The notes under the pieces are model-generated. The model worked only from the letters and a program-made list of their open reading frames with translations, did no database searches and was not told the DNA's origin. A stretch of 64,000 nt of DNA from Squalus acanthias (lineage: Eukaryota). The position numbers and the translations under genes are program-made. Within the stretch, counting starts at the first letter, position 1. Each line of letters opens with the position of its first letter. Below, in pieces: positions 13,211-24,993 of this stretch. Location of the stretch: positions 109,060,001 through 109,124,000 of the forward strand of contig CM059431.1 of the NCBI GenBank assembly GCA_030390025.1, given 5' to 3'.

Positions 13211-14620
13211 GGCCCTGAATTCGCGGTCGGTATGACGGTGCACGCTGAGTATGCCGACGTACCGCCTTTGAAATTGACTGCAAGTTGGGGATGAAGCGCA
13301 TGCTTTATGGGTTTGTTACCTTATGGGCACATTTCAAATAATGGAGCATCTAATCTAATACTGAGTAGGTAAGAACCGTATATCTAATAAATGCAGTATT
13401 ATTATTTACATGTTGGGGGAATTTTCCCAGCCCCGAGGAGGCGGGACTGCCGGGAAAATGGCAGAAACTGGGAGCGGGTACCAACTCCGCTCCAAACCCG
13501 CCTCCGTGCCATCTTCCCGGGAGGCGGGTCCCCGAGTTGAGCAGGGACCTGTCTCCGAGGCGGGAAGGGGATTACAGCCAATTAACTGCCTGTTAACAGG
13601 CAGTTTTGAGGCTTATCCCCATTTTCCCCCTGCAAGTGTGGGCTCCCCAACGGCTGCGAACCTCGCCAGGGTCAACCAGGCGAGCAGTGGGTCTGCGGGG
13701 GTGAGAGGGATCGAAAAGTACACTGTGGAGGTGCGTGATGGGTGCAAGTGTGGAGAGGTAAGTATGAGAGGTGAGTGTAAAGTGTTAGAAAAAGTTTCCT
13801 TACCTTTGTTTCTTCCTGCAGGCTTCAACCCTTGGGGATCCGGAGGTGCCTCATCTCAACGGCAGAGTTGACAGAATGGCTGCTACATTCTCAGATGCAG
13901 CAGCCATCTGATTTCTGCTGAGGAAAGAGGTTTTGGTGAGTCTTTGTGCAAGGACTCACCATAGAACAGAAATTGTCAGTGTTTGACAGCTTCTCAAAGC
14001 TGTCAAACGTTGACAATTCATCTGTCAAAAATTTTTGACAGATGAAACTTCATACACTGATGTCCTCTGTCACCAGCTTTCCCTTAATTGGCCGGCTAAG
14101 CCCACAAGGCGGGCTTAACAAGGTCAATCAAGGGAAAATAGCATGGGTTGGCCGGACATCGTTGGGGGTGGGACTGAAACCCGACAACCAGCAGTCCCGC
14201 CCCCAACAATAAAATCCAGCCCATAGTTATGAAAGATGTTTGATCAAATGTATATCTGGCATAACTAAAATATATATACCTACTTTTTAAATCCCTTCAA
14301 ACAACATTTCCAATTAAGAGTGGCTGTTAAACACCATGTAGATTTTAAATATATGCCAGTAGAAGACTTCTGTCTTCTATTGACATATATTTACAACCCT
14401 GTTTTGGCAATCTCCTCTGTTTCCTGATTGGCTAAGAGTCAGCAAGTGAAAGGAGCACTGCCCCATGTGATCCCAGGTTCGCCTACGCACAACGGTGCGC
14501 CCCTGGGATCCAGCCTCTACGCTGCGCACAACTCTGCAGTGTTTGAAAGGTAAGTGCGGATTTTGTTCAGATGTCGGTGGCGTACTCCTTAGCTATGCCG
14601 CCGACCACGACTTCAGGGCC
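13211..14620. mobile_element. Harbinger-type MITE, family B (host of a nested MITE)
   Basis: TIRs GGCCCTGAATTCGCGGTCGG / CCGACCACGACTTCAGGGCC; exact GAC TSD (13208-13210, 14621-14623); inverted homologue of 44814-45567. Confidence 0.8.
13415..14222. mobile_element. Harbinger-type MITE, family A (nested)
   Basis: Ends GGGGGAATTTT / AAAATCCAGCCC; inverted homologue of 21390-22173 and 55760-56568. Confidence 0.8.
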
Positions 14621-14947
14621 GACATACGTTATAATTGCTTCACATGCAAACAAGGCAGAGAAGGTTGATGACCCGAAAATACCCCATTTTCAAATACACT
14701 GATGCCCAACGACGTCTTTAAAATAGCCTGATAGATATTATGCAATGGGACCGGGTGGTACAGTGAGGCTAATACCTGGCTAGAAACCAACCCAGACCAT
14801 GTGCAAATTGGAAATTTCCCCTCCCTGCAGTGGCAGAAGTAAGCATTAAATTGGCAATCATGCTCAGAGAGACTAGATGCAGGAAATGGAAGAGTGCATG
14901 CAGGTGTGCTAGGAGACTGGCGTTTAGGTGCATTATTTGGGCAGAGT

Positions 14948-16054
14948 AAAGAAAGAAAGACGCACATTTATATACCGCCTTTCACAACCACCGGACGTCT
15001 CAAAGCGCTTTACAGCCAATGAAGTAGTTTGAAGTTTTGACTGTTGTAATGTGGGAAACATGGCAGCCAATTTGCACTCAGCAAGCTCCCACAAACAGCA
15101 ATGTGATAATGACCAGATAATCTGTTTTTGTTATGTTGATTGAGGGATAAATATTGGCCAGGACACCAGGGATAACTCCCCTGCTCTTCTTCAAAATAGT
15201 GCCATGGGATCTTTTACGTCCACCTGAGAGAGCAGACGGGGCCTCAGTTTAACATCTCATCCAAAAGAAGGCACCTCCGACAGTGCAGCACTCCCTCAGC
15301 ACTGCACTGGGAGTGTCAGCCTAGCTTTGTGTGCTCAAGTCTCTGGAGTGGGACTTGAACCCACAACCTTCTGACTCATAAGAACATAAGAAGTAGGAGC
15401 AGGAGTAGGCCATACGACCCTTCGGGCCTGCTCCGCCATTCAATAGGATCATGGCTGATCCGAACCTAGACTCATGTCCACTTCCCTGCCCGTTCCCCAT
15501 AACCCTTAATTCCCTTATCAGCTAGGAAACTGTCTATCTCCGTTTTAAATTTATTTAATGTCGCAGCTTCCACAGCTCTCTGAGGTAGCAAATTCCATAG
15601 ATTTACTACCCTCTGAGTGAAGAAGTTTCTCCTCATCTCAGTTTTGAAACAGCAGCCCCTTATTCTAAGATTATGCCCCCTAGTTCTAGTCTCACCCATC
15701 AGTGGAAACATCCTCCCCGCATCCACCCTATCAAGCCCTCTCACAATCTTATATGTTTCGATAAGATCGCCTCTCATTCTTCTGTATTCCAATGAGTAGA
15801 GGCCCAACCTACTCAACCTTTCCTCATAAGTCAACCCCCTCATCTCCAGAATCAACCGAGTGAACCTTCTCTGAACTGCCTCTAGAGCAAGTATATCTTT
15901 TCTTAAATATGGAAACCAAAACTGTACGCAGTACTCCAGGTGTGGCCTCACCAGTACCTGTATAGCTGAAGCAAGACTTCCCTGCTTTTATACTCCATCC
16001 CCCTTGCAATAAAATCAGAGGCGAGTGTGCTACCCACTGAGCCACGGCTGACAC
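14948..16054 (-). mobile_element. DeuSINE (SacSINE1-like) interrupted by a CR1 LINE
   Basis: SINE body 14948-15378 and head 16015-16054 rejoin as ...CTGACTCAGAGGCG...; TCA is present at both junctions. Confidence 0.9.
15379..16014 (-). mobile_element. CR1-clade (HER1-like) LINE, 5'-truncated
   Basis: ORF RPHLEYCVQFW...LYSLEYRRMRGDLIETYKI...FFTQRVVNLWN (CR1 ORF2 C-terminus) and tail (TTCTTATG)n. Confidence 0.92.
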
Positions 16055-16278
16055 TAAAAGGTGCTTCAATCTATTTCTGATGCTGCTATTCTGGTGATTG
16101 ATACCAACAGTGCTTGAACATAAAGTAGACAAATTATCCAACCGTTAGCTTACTGAACTCACCGTAATGTAGTCTGGACATGGATTAAACTTGCTCTTAT
16201 TCAGAAATGGTGTTTACTTGGTGTTCTGTTCAATGGAACAGGTTTTCTGTAACATTCAGACAACTGAAATGAAATTAT

Positions 16279-16620
16279 GGGAGAAGACTTTTACCCCAGC
16301 AGAAACAGGGCGGCAACGCCCCAAAAATGGCGGTGTGCGACTTACCACCCCGTTCCTGCAGACACGGTGCCCGATGCTATTGTCCCAAAGGACCAACTGC
16401 TGGGTGGCCAGAGCGCCTGCCTGAGTCAGGCAGTAGCCCCTTTTAACATGCAAGTTGGGATCCTATGCTGTACATGGGACCCCAATTGGCATTTTAGGAC
16501 TCAACTGTGGATGCTCCACAGTGTCAGCTGGTCCAGCCCAGAAGAGACCCGATTGCAAGTGCTCCACTTGGTTCCTTAAAACCAACCTGGGCTAAAACCA
16601 TAGCAGGTGTCTCTCTGCAC
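16279..16620. mobile_element. MITE-like left arm flanking the minisatellite
   Basis: Similar to 22530-22700 and, inverted, to 3330-3480 (GCCTG..CAGG..TTTAA(C/T)ATGCAA..GGATCC..CATTTT). Confidence 0.5.
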
Positions 16621-19141
16621 CCCCTGCTCCCACCACCCAACCCAAAGAGTGGACCCCCCCTCCTCCCACCACCCAACCCAAAGAGTGGACCACCCCCTCC
16701 TCCAACCACCAAAGCCAAAGAGTGGACACCCCCTCCTCCAACCACCACCCAAACCAAAGAGTGGACAGCCCCCTCCTCCAACCACCACCCAAACCAAAGA
16801 GTGGACAGCCCCCTCCTCCCACCACCCAACCCAAAGAGTGGACCCCCCCCCTCCAACCACCCAACCCAAAGAGTGGACAGCCCCCTCCTCCAACCACCCA
16901 ATCCAAAGAGTGGACACCCCCTCCTCCCACCACCCAACCCAAAGAGTGGACAGCCCCTCCTCCCACCACCCAACCCAAAGAGTGGACCCCCCCCCCTCCC
17001 ACCACCCAACCCAAAGAGTGGACAGCCCCTCCTCCAACCACCCAACCCAAAGAGTGGACCCCCCCCCTCCAACCACCCAACCCAAAGAGTGGACAGCCCC
17101 CTCCTCCAACCACCCAATCCAAAGAGTGGACACCCCCTCCCACCACCCAACCCAAAGAGTGGACCCCCCCCCCTCCAACCACCCAACCCAAAGAGTGGAC
17201 AGCCCCCTCCTCCAACCACCCAATCCAAAGAGTGGACACCCCCTCCTCCCACCACCCAACCCAAAGAGTGGACCCCCCCCCCTCCTCCCACCACCCAACC
17301 CAAAGAGTGGACCCCCTCTCCTCCCACCACCCAACCCAAAGAGTGGACCCCCTCTCCTCCCACCACCCAACCCAAAGAGTGGACCACCCCCTCCTCCCAC
17401 CACCCAACCCAAAGAGTGGACCCCCACCCCTCCTCCAACCACCCAACCCAAAGAGTGGACACCCCCTCCTCCAACCACCCAACCCAAAGAGTGGACACCC
17501 CCCCTCCTCCCAACACACAACCCAAAGAGTGGACAGCCCCCTCCTCCCACCACCCAAACCAAAGAGTGGACAGCCCCCTCCTCCAACCACCACCCAAACC
17601 AAAGAGTGGACAGCCCCCTCCTCCCACCACCCAACCCAAAGAGTGGACCCCCACCCCTCCTCCAACCACCCAACCCAAAGAGTGGACCCCCCCTCCCACC
17701 ACCCAACCCAAAGAGTGGACAGCCCCTTCCTCCAACCACCACCCAAACCAAAGAGTGGACAGCCCCCTCCTCCCACCACCCAACCCAAAGAGTGGACCCC
17801 CCCCCCTCCCACCACCCAACCCAAACCAAAGAGTGGACCCCCCCCCTCCCACCACCCAACCCAAACCAAAGAGTGGACCCCCCCCCCCCTCCCACCACCC
17901 AACCCAAACCAAAGAGTGGACCCCCACCCCTCCTCCAACCACCCAACCCAAAGAGTGGACACCCCCCCTCCTCCCACCACACAAACCAAAGAGTGGACAG
18001 CCCCTCCTCCCACCACCCAACCCAAAGAGTGGACAGCCCCCTCCTCCCACCACCCAACCCAAAGAGTGGACAGCCCCCTCCTCCCACCACCCAACCCAAA
18101 GAGTGGACACCCCCTCCTCCAACCACCCAACCCAAAGAGTGGACCCCCCCCCCCTCCTCCCACCACCAATCCCAAAGAGTGGACAGCCCCTCCCACCACC
18201 CAACCCAAAGAGTGGACCCCCCCCTCCCACCACCCAATCCATAGAGTGGACACCCCCCCCCCCTCCCACCACCCAACCCAAAGAGTGGACACCCCCCCTC
18301 CCACCACCCAACCCAAAGAGTGGACCCCCCACTCCTCCCACCACCCAACCCAAAGAGTGGACCCCCCCTCCTCCCACCACCCAACCCAAAGAGTGGACCC
18401 CCCCTCCTCCCACCACCCAATCCATAGAGTGGACCCCCCCTCCTCCCACCACCCAACCCAAAGAGTGGACAGCCCCCTCCTCCCACCACCCAATCCATAG
18501 AGTGGACCCCCCCTCCTCCCACCACCCAACCCAAAGAGTGGACAGCCCCCTCCTCCCACCACCCAACCCAAAGAGTGGACCCCCCCTCCTCCCACCACCC
18601 AACCCAAAGAGTGGACCCCCCCTCCTCCCAACCCAAAGAGTGGACCCCCCCCTCCCACCACCCAAGCCATAGAGTGGACACCCCCCCTCCTGCCACCACC
18701 CAATCCATAGAGTGGACCCCCCCTCCTCCCACCACCCAACCCAAAGAGTGGACCCCCCCTCCTCCCAACCCAAAGAGTGGACCCCCCCCTCCCACCACCC
18801 AAGCCATAGAGTGGACACCCCCCCTCCTGCCACCACCCAATCCATAGAGTGGACCCCCCCTCCTCCCACCACCCAACCCAAAGAGTGGACCCCTCCTCCT
18901 CCCCCCACCACCCAACCCAAAGAGTGGACCCCCCCTCCTCCCACCACCCAACCCAAAGAGTGGACAGCCCCCTCCTCCCACCACCCAATCCATAGAGTGG
19001 ACCCCCCCCATCTCCCACCACCCAATCCATAGAGTGGAACCCCCCCTCCTCCCACCACCCAACCCAAAGAGTGGACACCCCCCTCCCACCACCCAACCCA
19101 AAGAGTGGACCCCCCCTCCCACCACCCAATCCATAGAGTGG
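16620..19141. repeat. Minisatellite, ~37-bp unit CCCAAAGAGTGGACAGCCCCCTCCTCCCACCACCCAA, roughly 65-70 copies
   Basis: Directly visible tandem array with variable C-run lengths. Confidence 0.98.
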
Positions 19142-20707
19142 ATCTACCTTTTCCAGGCCCAGATGCCAGTAGGTTGCCCCGGGGGTGCTCATTTTCTGCT
19201 GTCCCCATGTTAAAAAGGCCCACCCCCTCAAAATAAACTGGGCCTTGCGGTTCGACTATCACGTGGCCAGCCAGCTGCCCGAAAGCCACACAGAGGGAAA
19301 ATGTACCCCTATGTTTCCACAGGCACATTGTTGGGAAAAAAAACAAAGTGACATTAAAGACTTGTTTTAATGAATTTTCATGCATTGTAGAGATGCTCAT
19401 TTTTTTCATTGAAAACATACTGCAAATGTTAGAAACAGGCTATACGGTCATAGTTCTGAAATATAATAAATATTTTAACTCGTGAGCAAACTATAACCCA
19501 CTCAAGATCTCGCCACTTCTCATTATCCCATTGCCGTCCAGGAGTAGCTCTTGAAAAATAAGCACATTCAATACTATTTCGTGTGAGTAATATATTACAG
19601 GATAGAAACAGGATACCTTGTGGTAAAATTCATAAAATGTCGCTCAGGTTATTCCCACTCAAGAGAGCTCCACTTTACATAGGAGCTCACTTGTGACTGT
19701 GTTGCTTTTGAGTAACTGGATCATCCTCATATTAACAGCATTTCACGACTGCCCATGAAGTATCACAATTCACCTTCACAGAAAAGACCAATGTTAGCAC
19801 TTGTCAGCCTGTCAAAAGGGAGACTTAAGGCAACTCAGAATAAAATGGTTCAATTCTGTAGAATTGCCTATGGGTGATTACCATGAACTCCAGTTCCATA
19901 AGAATAGTGTTCAGAGATCAATCTTTCCTTTCTAGAGTAGATTCTATTGTGCAATATTAGTAATGAACGGGTTTGCACATTTGTGTCAAATTGCTCCATC
20001 CTGCTATTTTAATGAAGTCATTAATCTGTTTAAAATACAATGGGTTCATATCTCAATTAAAACTAATGGACAAATGAGTTTCTTTTGACTACATTTGCTA
20101 TTAACCACACAATGCAATTTTCAACTCACCAAAGTTTTCCTGTAACTGAAGGAATAAATTAACAACAACTTAAACTATGTAGATATCCCTAAGGCAAAGG
20201 GGAAGTTGGAGTCTCAGATATTCAATCAGCTAGATTTGGGGTAATGGACATTTGACTGGATAATTGGATCTATACCAAATCCAATTAAATTACTGGAATT
20301 TTACACTTTTCCCGCTAGGAGAGAGAGAGAGAGAGAGAGAGAGAAAAGAGGCTGCTTATAGTTTTCATAGATATAAGTGTTTGAAAAGGGAAGAATATAC
20401 AAAGGATACAGGAAGAGGGAAGGAGTGCTGGATTACAGTAGATATCAGTTGAAGACCAAACACCAAATGCAGGCATGAGGGGCTGAATGGCCTCCTTTTG
20501 ACTATAATTTCTAGGATTCTTGACTTCTTCTAGATGGACCACTTTAACACGTCAATTAAATCAGAATGAAAACCCACTGTTTAAAGAATACTTCACTTGA
20601 TAAACATACCATCAAGGCTAATTTCCTAATAAATGATGGACTGATCACAATGAAAGGTCCATCAGCCATGACCTCCTGACGGCTTTTGAACCCGCAGAAC
20701 ATCTACT

Positions 20708-20872
20708 TGCCTCTCCTCCTTTAAGGCGCTCCTTAAAACTTGAATCTTTGCCCGCCTGTCTTAATATCTCCTTCTGTGGCTGGGTGTCTAATTCTGTGTG
20801 ATAATCGCTCCTGTGCAGTGCCTTGGGATGTTTTACTACATTAAAAGGCGCCACATAAATGCAAGTTGTTGG
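20708..20872 (+). mobile_element. L2 LINE 3' tail fragment
   Basis: CTCCTTTAAGGCGCTCCTTAAAAC ... ATAAATGCAAGTTGTTG; matches 7130-7277. Confidence 0.75.
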
Positions 20873-21389
20873 TGAAATTGTACTTCAGACTAATTATGAG
20901 GCAAATGAACACTCTGGGGTTGCAGTCACAGTAACACTATTGTTGCGATGACTTATCATTCTACTCACTTCCCTTCTTCCAACATGATAAAACTATGAAT
21001 CACACACACAACTCCAAATTCACAATAAGAACCGCACACCCTTATATTAACAATCTGGAATGACTTTAGATGATAAATGAAAAAAAAATCTACTCCAACA
21101 ATACAGCAAAGTACCATTTTAGTTCAAAGATTTTGAGAGACACAGTGATGATACAAAGAAGGATAGTTACAAGTAAACTACCAGCATGTGAGCTACTCAA
21201 GGTTCAAAGGATATTATAAGTCATAAGACAATGTTAGAGCAGTTTGTGAAATTTACCTCGACTGAGATTAGATCATTTTTCAACATATACAGGGCAATGT
21301 GTGCATAGTTAATGAAGTTGAGAGATTGCATCCGAGGTAGCACTGTTATTCAATCTGCTTCTGGTTTGTGTGAGGTGAATGGACACAAG

Positions 21390-22173
21390 GGGGGTGATTT
21401 TCTCAATGGGGAGCTTTTGGAGGCGGGACTCACTTGTCGGGTTTCAGTCCCGCCTCCATCAACTTCTGGCCAACCCACGCTATTTTCCCAGCGGGCTTAG
21501 CAGGCCAATTAAGGGAAAGCCGGTTGCAGAGAACGTCAACGTATGACGTTTCATCTGTCAAACATTTTTGACAGATGAATTGTCATCGTTTGACAGCTTC
21601 ACAGTGACATTCTCTGTAGTTTGATGAGTTCTTGAATTCAAGACCTCATCAAACCTCTTTCTTTTGCAGAAATGAGATGGTTGTTGCATTGGAGAATGCA
21701 ACGACCATCTGTCATCTCTACCGTGGAGGTGCGAGACTCTCCGCATACCCACCGATTGAAGCCTGCAGGAAGAAACAAAGGTAAGTAAACTTTTTCTAAC
21801 ACTTTGCACTTACCTCAATTCTCCACACTTGCACCTATCACTCACCTCCACAGCACATTTTTGGACCCCTCTAACCCCCGCAGACCCCCTACTCACCTCG
21901 GTGACCTGGCGGGGTTCAGAGCCTTCGGGAAGCCCGCACTTGAGGACAAAAAGGGGATAATCCTATTTTCTGCCTGTTAACTACCTGTTAACATGCAGTT
22001 AAGTGGATGTAATCCCTTCCCGCCTCCAAGGAGACGGGACCCGGCGTGGGACGGCTACCCGCCTCCTGGCAAGATGGCATGGAGGCGGGTTGGGCACCCG
22101 CCCCCAAATTCTGCCATATTCCCGGCAGTCCCGTCTCCAAACCCGCCTCCCCAGGGCTGGCAAGATCGCGCCC
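21390..22173. mobile_element. Harbinger-type MITE, family A
   Basis: Ends GGGGGTGATTTT / AAGATCGCGCCC; shares the internal palindrome and body with 13415-14222 and 55760-56568. Confidence 0.8.
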
Positions 22174-24014
22174 ATGGATTTCAATCGGGATGTGATACTT
22201 TTTATGCTGTCAATTTACCCCCATTCTCTTCTAAATGCAGGCAATCCTACTAGTTCTAGTTCCACAGACCACTGCCAGCATAAGTGGCCAAACTGTGTGT
22301 GTAAACCATGATGGTCGGTGTCTTCAGGCTGCTTGACTATGGAAGGCATCACAGCTGAGCCTAACTCTATGTCTGCACATGGATTCTTTCCAGCAGAAGT
22401 AACCGGATTTTAACCAAGAGCAGGAAGCCTGGCTGAGGCCATTTCTGATGCTTCAATTGCTGCCCCAATTGAGAGCAGCTAAGTCAACACCAACCAGGGA
22501 TATATCTATAATTTTTAAAAAGCACGTTCTGTCCTGGAAGGCACCTATCGCTGGGTGTCTAAGCACTTGCCTGTTTCAGGAGGGGGGCCTTTTAATATGC
22601 AAATCAGGATCCTTTGACCCCCCCCCCATTGCCATTTTGGGTTGGAACTGGTTGGAGCGTGCGCCATGATCAGTTCCACCGGCGATAGAACCGAAAAGGC
22701 CCAGTTAAGGTTACATTATTTGTGGGTCCAGAGGATCCACAATCGTGATCCCCGCCCCGCCACCTCGGACCTAGTTACTGGTGGTTGGCATGGCTGATAT
22801 TGGCTCGCCGGCCCAAAAGGTAAAGGCGGCCACGGCCTCAAAACGACAGCCGCCTCTTTGCTGCGCGTACGGGAAACTGGCCATCATGCTCCAGCGGTTT
22901 GTTCGCCCAAGAAGTCAGAATCAATCCCCACGGAGAGAGAAACATTCAGAAAGAATTTTTTATTTTTTTTAAACTGAGAGAAGACTTACGGAAAGGAGAG
23001 AGAGAGAGAGAGAGAAAGTGTATGAAAAATGGACAGAGAAAGAGAGAGACGTAGGGAAGGAGAGGCTTACGGAAAGAGGTAGCGTAAGACTGAGAAAGGG
23101 GCGAAGCATAGAGAGCGAGAAAGAGGGGAACAGAAAGTATAGAAGACAAACAGAAGGATAAAGTCAGACCAAGAATCAGAGCATGGGAGGCAAGCCATTA
23201 CAGGATGAGAGAATAGACAAGTTTCATTTTATTTTCTCTGTGAGCAATGCCACGAGATCAACCAGTAATAAAACATAAATGATTATATATTTTAATTGGT
23301 AGATTGTTTGGTAGTAGAAATCACAATATTAACAACTCTGCTGTCAACATCAATTGTAGAATACCAGTAAACCTCCTAGCATAACACTGCACGTTAATTC
23401 AGAGCAATGCTGCCGTAGCTCAAACAGAATCCATACAGTTGAAGCAATTGATTCAGACTCACAATCAGACTATAAATATTTTAATTCCAATAAACACCCA
23501 CTGTGTATCCTTTTTAGCCACAAGTGAAAATATTAACACATAACGTAGTGATGCACAAGTTACACTGTTTTAATTATTAAGAAGCTTTTAAACGTCTAAA
23601 GGCAACTAAGCTTTTTCCACACAGTGGGGGGAAAAAAAAAGTTGTAATACCGTGTAAAAGGGCTGTTCAAATTCTGTGGAGTTGCTGACGTCCCCATTGA
23701 TGCCCTCCAGGAGAACTTTATACAGTTCAGAGCTTGCCTTTATCTGACTCAACAAATTCAACGTGTCGCGATTACAGTGTGACCTGTCCTCATGGCCAAC
23801 CTGATTAAACAGCCAATTAGTTTCCGAATCAACCAATGTCTACTTCAATTAAACAGAATCAGCACCAAGATTATCAGCCACCTGCCAACACGGGCCATTG
23901 TCATTGGCTCATAACAGCCATCAGTGCTGCCTTGACCTCAATGAAACCACAAGCCTGTAGGTCGAGGTCAATGGTGCACAGTGTGCTCGTGAAAATTGAC
24001 CATTTTAATGTACG

Positions 24015-24095
24015 ACTAACGCTCTTGTGAAGCGCCTTGGGACGTTTTACTACCTTAAAGGTGCTAGATAAATGCAAGTTGTTATTTTTGTTGCA
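24015..24095 (+). mobile_element. L2 LINE tail fragment
   Basis: GTGAAGCGCCTTGGGACGTTTTACTAC...ATAAATGCAAGTTGTT. Confidence 0.7.
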
Positions 24096-24769
24096 TAGGT
24101 ATGGGGTATCAATTTGGGGCAGCCTCAGAAGACGATGCCCTCACAACTGCAGTATTAATAAAGAGCCATGTTTAAAGGCTATCATTATGCGATTGGATTC
24201 AATAGTCACCTTGTTTGAAGCCTGAACATGATTGCTAAATACAGGTTTAACTGTGCAACAGATGATACCTTACATTCTTTAATATGGATCCCTTAACATC
24301 CGTGAGCAACAGCCAAGTTCTTTTACTGATTTATTTGGTACACTGCTTGATCATCAAGGTGAGAGATGATGGAAGCCTAGCATCAGCCACTTTCTATCCA
24401 GTAATAGAACTGAGGCAGTGAGGCAGGTTATTACCAGGCTTGAGAAATCAGTCACAAATGTCAGCAAAATCTTAAGGGAATTTTTATGAAATCTGTGATA
24501 AGCCTAGAGGAGCGCACGTCCACATTCATTGTCAATAAGGACCAGATAAACATACATTTTCCTTTACAAAGATGCAAGGAGGTGATAATGCAGACCTCTG
24601 GGACTTTTATTAGATATCACCACTTTCACAAGGCATTAAATTGACCCACTTTCCATCGGTTCACGACTGACCCAGCTTCATAGTAATTCAAAAGCCCCAT
24701 AAATATTCAGCAAACAAGCAAACTATTATAAAAATACTGTACTGCAAAAATCATCCTCGCCGTCATCCT

Positions 24770-24993
24770 TTGCGTGGGTAGTGGATATCTGGAACTCCCT
24801 TCCCCCAAAAAGCCATTGAGTCTGGGGGGTTCAACTGAAAATTTCCAAACTGAGAAAGATAGACTTTTATTAGACAAGGGTATTAAGGGTTACGGAGCCA
24901 AGGCGCATAGATGGGAGTTAAGATACAGATCAGCCATGATCTAACTGAATGGTGGAACAGGATGGAGGGGCTGAATGGCCTGCTCCTGTTCCT
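24770..24993 (+). mobile_element. CR1 (HER1-like) 3' end
   Basis: GATCAGCCATGATCTAACTGAATGGTGGAACAGG...GAATGGCCTGCTCCTGTTCCT tail. Confidence 0.8.

Noticed and set aside
15472..15951. Host protein-coding ORFs (also 35630-36121, 31541-31948, 2650-2958)
   Set aside because: They are C-terminal LINE ORF2 remnants.
16620..19141. CRISPR-like appearance (constant AAAGAGTGGAC with variable intervals)
   Set aside because: The intervals are variants of one sequence, not unique spacers; there are no cas genes and the context is eukaryotic.
16507..19418. Very long proline-rich or Gly/Trp-rich ORFs (up to 964 aa) on both strands
   Set aside because: They arise from a nearly stop-free 37-bp tandem unit that is open in most frames; the unit is not a multiple of 3 and C-run indels shift frame freely.
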